Assembly: GCA_029717555.1 (NCBI GenBank)
Contig: JAMDHS010000007.1
Span: forward strand, 62,001 to 126,000
DNA from: Peribolospora baueri
Lineage: Eukaryota
Direction: 5' to 3'
Length of the DNA stretch: 64,000 nucleotides
A model generated the notes under the pieces. That model made no database searches, was not told the origin of the DNA, and saw only the letters and a list, made by a program, of their open reading frames with translations. The translations under genes were made by a program, and so were the position numbers. Below, one piece after another: positions 50,579-60,862 of this stretch. The stretch's first letter is position 1. Every line of letters starts with the position of its first letter.

Positions 50579-51376
50579 CTAAATGCTCCTTCCGCCGTCA
50601 ACGTTGTGGTCCATGCCCGTGATGAACGAGCTCTCATCGCCAGCCAACCAGAGCGCCACGTTCGCCACGTCATCCGCCGTCGTCAACCGGCCGAGGGGAA
50701 TCTGGAAGAGCTGCGCCGCCTTTGCCCTGTACTCTGGCGTGTTCTCGAAGCCGGGGACAAAGTTGTTGGCCAGCTGAGTGGGCACGAGGACGGGGCAGAC
50801 CGAGTTGACCCTGATGCCGTTGGCGCCAAACTCGTGTGCGAGCGCCTTGGAAGCGTTCGAGACGGCGGCCTTGGACGAGTTATACCAGACCAGCTTACCT
50901 CGCGGTCGGAGGGCGGCGATGGAGGAGATGTTGACGACCGACCCGCCGTTGCCTTCGATCATGAGGGGGAAGATGGTCTGAACAGAGTGGAAGATAGACT
51001 TAACGTTCACCGCGTACACCTTGTCGAAGTTGGCCTCCGAGACGGTGAGCGACGACTCGGCGGGGTAGGCGGTGCCGGCGTTGTTGACGAGAATGTCGAC
51101 CTTGCCGCCGAACTTGGCCTTGGTCACCTCCACGATCTTCTCCCAGTCGGCGCGCACCGTCACGTTGGATGCGACAAACTCGGCCTTGACGCCTTCGGAC
51201 TGGAGCGACGCCACGACCTTTTGGCCGGCCTCGGCGTTGAAGTCGGCGATGAGGATCGATGCTCCCTCAGCGGCAAACTTTCGCGAGATGGTCTCGCCGA
51301 TGCCCATGCCGCCGCCGGTGACGATAGCGACCTTGCCGCTGAGACGGCCGTGAGAGGAGACTCCGTTCGATGCCAT
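50579..51376 (-). CDS. Classical short-chain dehydrogenase/reductase (TsaC/FabG-like subgroup), intronless
   Basis: TGGGMGIG, NNAG, NISS, RPRGKLVWYNSSK (YxxxK) and ITGMDHNVDGGRSI motifs. The true start is MASNGV at 51376. Confidence 0.93.
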   Translation of the reverse strand: MASNGVSSHGRLSGKVAIVTGGGMGIGETISRKFAAEGASILIADFNAEAGQKVVASLQSEGVKAEFVASNVTVRADWEKIVEVTKAKFGGKVDILVNNAGTAYPAESSLTVSEANFDKVYAVNVKSIFHSVQTIFPLMIEGNGGSVVNISSIAALRPRGKLVWYNSSKAAVSNASKALAHEFGANGIRVNSVCPVLVPTQLANNFVPGFENTPEYRAKAAQLFQIPLGRLTTADDVANVALWLAGDESSFITGMDHNVDGGRSI

Positions 51377-51652
51377 GGCGTGCGCTGTTCGGTGGAAGAC
51401 GAGACGAGATGAGACGAGATGAGATGGGAGGTTTGGGGGAGAAGAGAGATGGCGAGGATGCGTGTCGAAGGTGATGGGCAAGGACAAGAGGAGGGTGGAT
51501 CGTGCGCAATATAAGCATTCATTCTGCCACCCTCCTCCTTCCTTACCTTTCCGCCGTCGACGCTGTCTCCGGCCGGCCCCCGCCTGCTGACCTCTCCGCG
51601 TCAATGCCGGTCGATCCCATCCATCGGCCCCGTAGCGTCCGCACTTCCACCG

Positions 51653-51666
51653 CCGTCCTAAGGCCG
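51653..51666 (+). promoter_or_regulatory. Candidate CCG-N8-CCG site upstream of the SDR
   Basis: CCGTCCTAAGGCCG. A second, weaker CCGCGTCAATGCCG lies at 51596-51609. Confidence 0.5.
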
Positions 51667-52167
51667 GTCCCACCCCGACCAAACGCCGGCGGCGAGCGGG
51701 GAGTGCGCACCTCGGGCCCACAAGGCAAGCGAGTGGAGAAGCAGGGAGAAGAAGCTCAAGTCCGGGGCGATGAAGACGAACAAAGCTTCTCGAGCGGGGC
51801 ATTATGCCAAGGCGACTCGCGTCGACCGTGAAGAGAAAGAGGTCGTGGTGGCCTGGACGACCGTGGCCTTGGATGATCCCATCTGCCGCCGCCGAATGGT
51901 TCGTCGGGTTCAAAGGGGCTTACCAGTCCCAGCTGTGAGCAAGCTAGCTGTGTCCTACTCGTCTCTCCTGGGACATCCTTAGCTGCGCTCGTGCCGAGCA
52001 GAAGAGCTGGCAAAAGGCCGTGCTTGGAGTGGAACGCAAGCCTGACCCACTCATGAAATCTATTTCTCGTGAGTCGACGACACGGCACGATCGCGCGGAA
52101 TCAATTAAATACGTGGCCTTGCTTTCGGTCCGCCCATTCCTCGATCCTTCTATGATCCCATCCCTAT

Positions 52168-53693
52168 TTAAAGCGGCACCTCATATTCTAACTCGCCCGC
52201 TTTGGCGCCCCCCTCGTTGAGGCCTAGCGCAGCGAATAGGTTCCTAGCCGCCACTTCGCTCATCGCGACCCTCGTCTCGATCGTCGCGCTTCCGATGTGG
52301 GGGAGCAGTACCACTTTATCGTTCAGAGGAGGGCAGAGCAGTGGGTGGTCCGCGGGGATGTCTGGCGGGGGCGGGTAAAGAAGAGGGTCGTAAGGGTACA
52401 AGGTCGGCTCGAGACGACCACCGACCCGTATCCGCAAGATCGAGAATGCACAGGGGACACAATAATACGCACTAGGCTCGCCTTCAATGACGTCCAGGCC
52501 CGCCCCGCCCAATTTGCCTTTCCGAAGGGCTTGCACCAGCGCGTCCGTATCCACCACCGGTCCCCTTGCCGTGTTCACTAGCACCGCCCTGCTCTTCATA
52601 TTTCCTAGAACCTCCTCGTTAATGGCGTGTTTGGTCGCGGGCGACAACGACGTCATCACGAAGAGTACGTCGCTCTGTGCTGCGAGCGCTTTCAGGTCCG
52701 GCTCGTTCATGATTTGCGTCTTGGCGAAGGCGGCATCAGGGCCGGTAACGAGGGGGTGCAAAGTGGGAGAGACGGAAGGAGAGAAAGGGCGGGGGGAAGA
52801 GACGGTGTAGAGGATGCGAGAGGGGCCGAAGCCGAGGAGTCGGAGCGCGGTTTTCTGTGCGGTGCGGCCAAATCCATAAAAGCCCACAGTTACGTTGGCT
52901 ATAGAAGGACCACACAGCGTCAAAGGGGACCACGCCGTTTGGGGCCACCGTCCTTGCCAGACAATGTTGAGAGCCTGCGAAAGGAAACGGAAACCATGTT
53001 GATCCAGCTGGCTGGATATGGAAACCGCATGGAAAGAAGGAGCGTACCTCGGCAGCTCGACGAGTGGCCATGAGAGCGAGCATGATCGTGAGGTCGGCTA
53101 CTGCATCGTCCAATACCTCGGCCGCTGTTGCAAGAAGCAGATGGGCGGGGGAGAGAACAGCGCTGCGATCAGCGGTTGGAGACGGCTCTTCACGTTGCTC
53201 AGCACTAACTATGGCCAACCCTGATTCCCTTTTCCTTGCACGCCTGGAGATCGATGTGGTCATATCCCACGCTCATGGTGGAAATGACCTTGAGCAAAGG
53301 CCCGGCGGCGTTGATGAGTTCGCTGTCAACCTTGTCGGTGAGCATGACCACCACGCCAGAGGCGCCCCTGATGTTCTCTAAGAGCCAAGACCGGTCACAG
53401 ATCCTGTCCTGAGGCCAGCAGTGGAGGTCGATTCTAGGAGAGGCGAAGGGGCGAGAAGGGGCAGAGGGATCAGTCCAAGACGTATTTCACCGTCGTCGAA
53501 ACGGGGCGTTGCACTGTCTGTTGATGTTGCATTTTAAGCCACACGTTGGCCTCCCGGCTCCGATGTGACTGTCCTGTCCAACGGCAGCCCCGCTCGTGAC
53601 TTACATGCCACTCTTGGCGGCTTGCTCTAGCAGGCTGGTGGGCATGCTCCTGGTGGCGACCACCTTGGGCTTGGGCTCCATCTTCCCCGACAT
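52168..53693 (-). CDS. D-isomer-specific 2-hydroxyacid dehydrogenase (glyoxylate/hydroxypyruvate reductase-like), about 5 exons
   Basis: KVVATR, MLTDKVD, LKVISTMSVGYDHID, VLDDAVADL, GFYGFGR, VNTARGPVVD, AGLDV and LPHIGSAT motifs. Confidence 0.92.
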
Positions 53694-54072
53694 GGCACTG
53701 GAGCAGTTCGCGCTGAAAGGCGGAGAGTAGGAGGAACAGAGCGCCGTCGAGACGAGGGACGACGGTGCTGATGGGAAGGCGAGGAGGTGCTGGAAGAAAG
53801 AACGGGGGCAAGATCAAAGGCGATGGGCGGAGCACACGGGCCGGAGGTTCAGAACGGAGCGGCCAAGGGGGATACAACGGACGTCTGTCAGTCAGTGGCC
53901 CGCACGACCAGACACGGCTCCATCGAGCTCGTTATGTACCATTGCAGATCGTCCATTGCGTCGGCCATTGCAACCTCAATCAACCTCGGACCGGTCCACC
54001 GACGCCTCCCCGCGCGAGCCCCCGCCCACCCGGCGCCCTGCTGCGGCACGCGGCCTCCGCGCCCAGCTACCT

Positions 54073-54192
54073 CCGTCTTATCGCCGTCCAGACGCAAGCG
54101 CTCGCTGCGGCCACCGCTCCCGGACTCACGTGACCTGGCAACCTCTGCTCGAGCCGACTGATGCTTGCGCTCGCTCGCCCGTCTTTACCCCG
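54073..54192 (+). promoter_or_regulatory. Two CCG-N8-CCG sites and a TCACGTGA E-box in the reductase/dioxygenase divergent promoter
   Basis: CCGTCTTATCGCCG at 54073-54086, TCACGTGACC at 54126-54135 and CCGTCTTTACCCCG at 54179-54192. Confidence 0.55.
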
Positions 54193-54341
54193 CACGTCGG
54201 CCGCGAGTGCGGACACCAGGATGGGGCCACACGGTATATATTATCCATGGCCGGCAGGGTTGGGCTGCCATGGTCCATCGCACAGCAACACCGTAGACAC
54301 ACCGGACCCAGAGACAGCCAAGCCAGCACAACCCCCTCGAC

Positions 54342-55430
54342 ATGTTTGCGAAATCCGCCCTTTCCAAGTCGCTCGCACCCGCGTGCCTCCTCGCCCACGG
54401 GCGGCGGGCGTTGGCGACGGCGTCGACATCGACCGCTCTTCGTGCGATTCCGCTGAACGAGGCCCTCGGCTTCGGCGCCGAGGTAGAAGGAGTGGACTTT
54501 TCTCGTCCCCTGTCACCGCCCACAGCGGCCGAAATTGTGCAACTGCAGAACAGGTACGGCGTGCTCGTCTTCCGATCTACGGGACTTGACGACGACACGC
54601 ACGTGCGGTACTCGAAGAACTTTGGCATGCTCGAAACTGCTCACGGCCTTAACAAGCCTCGTCGAGCGTCCTCGCCGCATCTGTACGACGCAGGGAACCT
54701 CGGGCCGGACGACAAGATCATCCCCAGGTTCAGCAGGGCGTGGTGGCACACCAAGGGCAACGGCCTCTGGCACACCGACTCGTCCTTCAACCAGCATCGA
54801 TCGTCCTACAGCGCGCTCAGGGCCGTCGAGCTCCCGCCCGGCGGGGGGAGGACGATGTACGCCGACATGAGGGCCGCCTACGACGACCTGCCGAACGACA
54901 TCAAGAGCGAGATCGAGGGCAAGGTCGTGGAACACTGGATCTGGCATTCGCGCAAGCTCGCCGCACCGCAAGAGTTCGACAAGCCCAGCCCGGAGGAGCG
55001 GAGGACGATCCCGCCGGCCTACCACACCCTCGTCCAAGTGGCCCCCGACCTGACGCGCAAAACGCTCTACATTGCGAGCCACGCGAGGAGGATCATCGGC
55101 ATGCCCGAACGTGAGTCGACGCAGTTGATCAAGTACCTCCTCGACCACGCTCAGCAGCCCAAGTTCCAGGTGGGGGCCCAGTGGAAGAACGTGGGCGACA
55201 TTGTGCAGTGGGACAACCGGTGTACGATGCACAGGGCGACGGCGTACGAGGATCAGAAGAACCGACGGGACATGAGGCGCACCACCGTCTACGACCACGG
55301 CCCGCTCGCGTTCGGTGCCAGGTTGAGCTTGAGGGCGGAAGATGTGGATGTTTTGGTCGGTGGAGAGATCGATATCGCCGCTGAACCGACGCCGGAGACT
55401 CAGACGCAGGAGCAGATTCAGGCCCTCTGA
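54342..55430 (+). CDS. Fe(II)/2-oxoglutarate dioxygenase, TfdA/TauD family (TfdA-like), intronless
   Basis: FGAEVEGVDF, YGVLVFR, GNGLWHTDSSF (HxD), WDNRCTMHRA and RRDMRRTTV motifs; 362 aa. Confidence 0.93.
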   Translation: MFAKSALSKSLAPACLLAHGRRALATASTSTALRAIPLNEALGFGAEVEGVDFSRPLSPPTAAEIVQLQNRYGVLVFRSTGLDDDTHVRYSKNFGMLETAHGLNKPRRASSPHLYDAGNLGPDDKIIPRFSRAWWHTKGNGLWHTDSSFNQHRSSYSALRAVELPPGGGRTMYADMRAAYDDLPNDIKSEIEGKVVEHWIWHSRKLAAPQEFDKPSPEERRTIPPAYHTLVQVAPDLTRKTLYIASHARRIIGMPERESTQLIKYLLDHAQQPKFQVGAQWKNVGDIVQWDNRCTMHRATAYEDQKNRRDMRRTTVYDHGPLAFGARLSLRAEDVDVLVGGEIDIAAEPTPETQTQEQIQAL

Positions 55431-55639
55431 ACGGCCGCGCGACGACAACAACAACGGCGGCGGCGGAGGCGGCGGCGGCGGAAGCGGGCGGTGACGTCTT
55501 GTACGTGTAGTGCCTTCTATAGACCTCGTCCGAAATTATTTATCATACATACAGCTTCAGCGGTGACATGGTAACACGGCGGACATAGGGAGCGCGAGGC
55601 ATGAAGCATGACCGACCCGGTTGGAGCGAAAGAGCCGAG

Positions 55640-57913
55640 TCAGAAAGATGGAGAACCGTCCTGGTTGGTGAGCCAGGATGGCCAGTTCTGAATGTCCATG
55701 TCGAAAAGGTGTGGATCGAGGGCGGCAGACATGAGCTCTGAAAGGCTGTCGCTGCCGTTGTCCGTTCCGGAACCCATGGGCAGGAACGGATCGAAAGGAG
55801 AAAGGCTTGCTGGTGCCCCTTCCGACCCTTCACTGACCGCCGTCGTTCCTTCCGGTGCGGGGGGAGGATGGACACCGTCGGTCAAAGAGTCGTTCGGGGA
55901 GAAGCCGCTCGTCGTCGTCGTCGGCGGCGGCTGCGGCGGAAATGGCGGGGGAACGGGTGCGTCGCCAGCGAGGTCACCGTCCTGAACGACGGGCGAAGAC
56001 GGGTCGACTTCGGGCCGCGTCGCGGCTGGCGGTGAGATCAAGAGTTGGTCCGACGAGTCGCGCAGCTGCTTCTGATTGCTGTACCGCCTCGTCCGCCGGT
56101 CGCCCTCCATCGCCTTTTTCACCACGGCGTCCAACCTGCTCAGCGCCCGCCAACAGCCGAGAATGCTTCCATTCTGATCCTTGAGCCGGGCAAAGACTCG
56201 CAGGCAAGTGCTCCACGAGTGGAGCGCCCTATCGCGAAGCTCGGACCGACGACCTTCTCCTCTGATCGCGACAAGACAGATGAGAGCTCCGTGGAACGCC
56301 CGGAACCAGTGCATCCACGTCACCTTTGCCATCTTGGGGAAATTGTCCTGCAAGATCTTCCAGCTCCTCACTACCGCAAAAGCGGCCTCAAAGCATGGCT
56401 TGCGAGCGGCGGGCGAAGCGCCGGTCAGGACGGCCTTTCGGAAAAGGACGAGAATGTTGTGGTTGACGATGAAGTACAAGAGTAACGACTGAATGTATCG
56501 TTTCTTGCTCTCCGGATCACCAAACTCTTCGGCTTGCTTGGCATCGACGTCGAATTTGAAGTGTGCGGGCAGGGCATCGAACCAAGCCCGGATACGCGCC
56601 TCGATGGCAAAGGCTCGTGGCATATCGTCCGGCTCGTTCCACCGAAATGCGGCGCCTTCAAGCATGTCTCGAGTGATCTCCGCTAGCTCCCACGTGTACC
56701 TGTTGTAGGAAATCTCATTCGCACCGGCTTTCGAGTCTCCGGACCCGGGCTCTTCCAGCAGTTCCTCGTCGCTAATGTCTTTGGGAAGCTTGCAGTCCGT
56801 GAAGCCGATTCCGTTTGGACGACCGAACATGACGCTGAGCGCCGTCTCTTGGGCGACAAGCGTGCGGAACAGGCGTCTCCTGATCTCTCCTTCCTCGGGC
56901 GGTAGGTGTGGGATCAGACTGGGATCTCGGTGGAGCGCCATCGACTGAGCCAAGCGTATCACCAGGCCGAGCATGGGCCAGTACTCGCCGAGCCTTCCCT
57001 CGTGCTGTAGGTAGACGCCTATGTAGCAAAAAGTGTGGATCGAATCCATGGATGGGGTAGCAAAAAAGTTGGAAATGCGCAAGAGTTGGACGGATGCCGC
57101 TAGCAAGAGCCGCGACCTGGAATTGGTTGACAGAAGGTCTCCCAGCGCGAGCACGGCAAAGATGAGGGCCGCCTCTTGCGGTTGGGACATGTTCTCCGCG
57201 TCCCAGCAACGTTCGTAGCGCTGCATGAGCCAGGGCGTGGGCACGTAGTGGTATAGCGGGTCGACGAGATCGTAGAACGTGTCAAGCAGGCTGTCTGCGA
57301 CCGGCCTTCCGATCCCTTCCAAGATGCTGAGCATCTCTCGGCATCCGTGACTGGCGGGGAAGAGGGTGGGAAATATGTAGGCGTCGGATGAGGCAGAGAG
57401 TTCGGAAATATTGGAACCGCCGGAGAAGGCGAAGAGAATGTCGGTTTGGCCATTGGGTACGAGCGACATCATGCGCTGCAAGAGATCCGGCGCGGCCGGG
57501 CCACCGAGATAGAAGGACCTGCCGTAGTACACGCCATCCTCGGTTGGTTTTGTCGTCCTCGGCGGACTTGGCTCTGTGCGCTGCCGCTTCCTCGACGGGT
57601 TCGTCGTCGAATCGCGCAGCTGCGCTCTGAACTCTGCAACGGCGGCCTCGAGATCAGCTATTCTCGACCGTAGAATTTGGTTCTCCGATGCCAGGTCGCC
57701 GTCTTCGGCTCCAAACGATTCCAGGTCCGCCGCCGCGATGGCCTCGTACACGCAGCTACCGGTGATCTGCCTGCGGAAACACTGCGAGCACGGCTTCTTC
57801 CTGTCACACTTGCGCTTAGCGCGATGGCAAGGCAAGCAGGTCTGGATCACTCTGTTACGGCTCTGCTTGTGCGAGGAGGAAGAGGATGGCTGATCGGCTG
57901 TGTCGGAAGCCAT
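55640..57913 (-). CDS. Zn(II)2Cys6 transcription factor with fungal-specific TF domain, intronless
   Basis: CLPCHRAKRKCDRKKPCSQCFRRQITGSC, a coiled coil, and RLAQSMALHRDP...EIRRRLF...FGRP; 757 aa. Confidence 0.95.
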   Translation of the reverse strand: MASDTADQPSSSSSHKQSRNRVIQTCLPCHRAKRKCDRKKPCSQCFRRQITGSCVYEAIAAADLESFGAEDGDLASENQILRSRIADLEAAVAEFRAQLRDSTTNPSRKRQRTEPSPPRTTKPTEDGVYYGRSFYLGGPAAPDLLQRMMSLVPNGQTDILFAFSGGSNISELSASSDAYIFPTLFPASHGCREMLSILEGIGRPVADSLLDTFYDLVDPLYHYVPTPWLMQRYERCWDAENMSQPQEAALIFAVLALGDLLSTNSRSRLLLAASVQLLRISNFFATPSMDSIHTFCYIGVYLQHEGRLGEYWPMLGLVIRLAQSMALHRDPSLIPHLPPEEGEIRRRLFRTLVAQETALSVMFGRPNGIGFTDCKLPKDISDEELLEEPGSGDSKAGANEISYNRYTWELAEITRDMLEGAAFRWNEPDDMPRAFAIEARIRAWFDALPAHFKFDVDAKQAEEFGDPESKKRYIQSLLLYFIVNHNILVLFRKAVLTGASPAARKPCFEAAFAVVRSWKILQDNFPKMAKVTWMHWFRAFHGALICLVAIRGEGRRSELRDRALHSWSTCLRVFARLKDQNGSILGCWRALSRLDAVVKKAMEGDRRTRRYSNQKQLRDSSDQLLISPPAATRPEVDPSSPVVQDGDLAGDAPVPPPFPPQPPPTTTTSGFSPNDSLTDGVHPPPAPEGTTAVSEGSEGAPASLSPFDPFLPMGSGTDNGSDSLSELMSAALDPHLFDMDIQNWPSWLTNQDGSPSF

Positions 57914-58603
57914 GGACGCGCTGGAAGGTGCGGGCAGGGCCGACGGGGGCGAGGTCGGGGATGTCAGGCTGTGATCAAGAGCGAGCTATGGAGAGGGAGA
58001 ACAAGACAAGCAGGAGGGATGCCAAGTGAGATGCCAGATAGGGAGTTGTCGGCGATCACATCACAACCGTCGTTGTCGTCGTCGTCGTCTGCGTCAGGAC
58101 GAGGCCGTCGGTGCCTGTGGGCCTCCATTTTTGTTGGCCACGGAAGCGGCCCAGTGCAGGGGCCGATCATCACGTGACCGGGCGTAAGCGGCGCTGTCAC
58201 CGACGCCGTTCTTCTCTCGCCGTCCACCATCGCGAGTCTGTGTTTGTGTTTCTGGCCATCGCTTCCACTGCCGTCGTTCCGGAGCTGCTCTCTCCCTGTC
58301 TTCTGTCTCCTCCCCATCTTAGCTTGTTTCTCTCTTCCCCTGTCCTAACCCACGCCCGGGAGCTCCAGCTCCTTTCCGCGGCTCCTCGCCGCCCCATGCG
58401 GGGGCCCCGTTCTCGTCTACCTTGCTTCGTAACCTCGCGCCGACTCTGGCCTTTCTTTCTCCTGTACTTGACTGCGTTGCGGACTGTGCAACGAGGCTGG
58501 AACAGATACGTAGCCACCGTCGCTTAGCCTCGCCCAGGACAGGATATTTACTGTAGGCGCCGGCCTCGGTGTTTGTGGGCGCTGCCGGCCAGCTGTCTGT
58601 GCC

Positions 58604-58617
58604 CCGCCTTAATTCCG
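58604..58617 (+). promoter_or_regulatory. Candidate CCG-N8-CCG site in the TF/kinase divergent promoter
   Basis: CCGCCTTAATTCCG, about 190 bp upstream of the kinase ATG. Confidence 0.45.
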
Positions 58618-58809
58618 CGACGACCACCGTCTCCGTCTCCGCTCCGCTCGGCTGCTCTTTCTCTGGATCGATCGTCGCTTGACCCTCGCCGACTTCGTCC
58701 AACCGTTGCGGCGGCATTCGCGCTCGCCTAGCCCCCTTCACTGTTTAGTAACCATCATCTTCTGCCGTCCTCATGCCACGTTCCGTCCTCTAAGCCTTTG
58801 TCTTTCCTC

Positions 58810-60397
58810 ATGACCGTGGGCACCGAAGACTCAGCCGCGAGGCAACCGACACCGACCCGCTCCGTCGCCGTAGCTCAACAGGAACGGCTCGATTTCTCTC
58901 AATGGGCGGGAGAGGACGCGACGGCCTACGAGGTCAGGCTTGTGGCGGAGCACATCGCAAGACAGCTGGCGGCACACCGAGAGGAGTTGGCGACGAAACG
59001 CTCTCATACCGCGTTGCAAGGGAGCGAGAACGACGGAGCGTCTCGTGCTCCACCGCTTTTCGTCGGTCTGCAAGGCCCTCAGGGTAGCGGTGAGCAGGGT
59101 TGCTATGAGTCCAGGGGACTGCGTCGTGCTGTTGAGCAAACGGCACCCGCGGGAGGCGCGGGCAGTAACTCATCCTGTTCTTCCCATTTGAACGAATGCT
59201 CGTCGCCCCTTTGTCGGTTCGGACAGGCAAGACGACACTGACATCTCGGCTCTCTGCGCATCTGGGTGACCAGAAGAACGGCGGGCTCAAGCTCGCCGTG
59301 TTTTCGATGGACGGTAAGCAGCGATGATCTTTGTCTACTCATCTCCTAAGTCCCATAGGGATCAGGTTTGTCCGCTTCCCTATCCGACCTCGACGATGCT
59401 CGGCTGAACCAAGGTCCTCCCCCCCTCCAGATCTCTACCTGCCGTACGAGGGCCTGAAGGAGGTCGCTTCCGCAAACCCGTCCAATGTTCTGCTCGAGGG
59501 ACGCGGACAGCCCGGCACGCACGACCTTCCCCTCGGCTCTTCCATCCTCTCCAGCTTGCGGTCCATCAACGACGGCAACTGTTCCGCTTCTCGCCGTTCC
59601 ATCCATCTCCCCATCTTTGACAAGTCCGCCCATGCTGGGTACGGCGATCGGGCAAAAGAGACGGTCGAAGTCACGGCCCCACTCGACGTCGTCGTTTTTG
59701 AAGGATGGTCCCTCGGTTTCGCACCAGTTGGCGCCGATGCGATCCGACGCAAGTGGAAGGAGGCCAGAGAAAAAGCAGGCGTTCCCTCCGAAGACGAGGA
59801 GGGCGACCTTTCCCTGGACGCCATCACCTCTGCTCAATCTGACGGAGCGCGGATGCCTTACTTTGCCCTTCACCCACTCCAGTCGCTCTTGACCTTGGAC
59901 GCTCTGCTCCAAGCGTATGTGACGCAGTGGTACCATTTCCTCGATGTGTTCGTTCAACTCGAACCCGTTCGGCTGGACGACGTGTTCGAGTGGCGATTGG
60001 GGGCGGAGAGGTGGATGAAAGAGAGGAATGGAGGAATGGGCATGTCGGACGAGGTACGTCGGCCCCCGCTCCATGTTTGCCTTCTGCCTGCCGCCTCTCC
60101 GCTGGAAGGGGTCATAAAGACACAGAAACCTCTTACTTCCGACGACCGTCGTCCTACCAATCGCTCGTCCTTCTCGCTCACACCGCCTCCCATCCTTCAC
60201 CTCGTCCACTTCCCGTCGCTCTGGCTCCCCTCTTGCTTTCCTGTTCACAGCAAGTTCGTGCGTTCGTGGCGCGCTACATGCCGGGCTACGAGCTCTTCTC
60301 ACAAGGCGTGCAAGACCCGAAGATGAAGTGGCACGGCAAAGGGTTAAAGATCTCGGTGGACAAGAAGAGGGCGGTGACGAAAGTGGACACTTTTTGA
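58810..60397 (+). CDS. P-loop kinase of the D-glycerate 3-kinase (GLYK/Tda10) family, 4 exons
   Basis: LFVGLQGPQGS|GKTTL, FSMD|DLYL, GRGQPGTHD, FDKSAHAGYGDR, VVFEGW, WRLGAE and GMSDE|QVRAFVARYMPGYEL motifs. Confidence 0.88.
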
Positions 60398-60862
60398 GCC
60401 GCCCTTTTTTTTCTCCTGGCTCCCCCCATCCACCATGCTTCAACGTCTTGTGTGTGTGATGGACGAGGCAAGTCCTCAGTGGCATACGTCGTCCTCGCAG
60501 CGTCTGGGACCAACGTCCCTGGACACGCGTACATGTTAGCAATAGATTCGGCGGTAGAGTTATAGCCCTATGAGTCATCGTCCTATCGCACATTAGTCTC
60601 CCACTGTCCCTCCTGGGACTGCACCGGCCCATGAATACTCTCCGCTCGCCAAGCTCGTTCTTCACGATCGCGACAGGCGGGCCCCAGCCTCGTCTGACTT
60701 TCGCCTTATATCATCCTCTCGTCCTCGACGTGCAGCGACAGCTCTGCGCACGTAAGCGCGCGTAAACTCATATCCGGATTGAGACGCCCTTATGGGTCCG
60801 TGGTGAAAGACGTACATGAAAGAGGGGGGGGAGAGCGCGGACGCAAGGCGCCCTAGCCGCCC

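Noticed and set aside
50579..51913. 444-aa version of the SDR ORF
   Set aside because: The N-terminal ~180 aa are promoter/UTR read-through. The SDR fold starts at MASNGV (51376).
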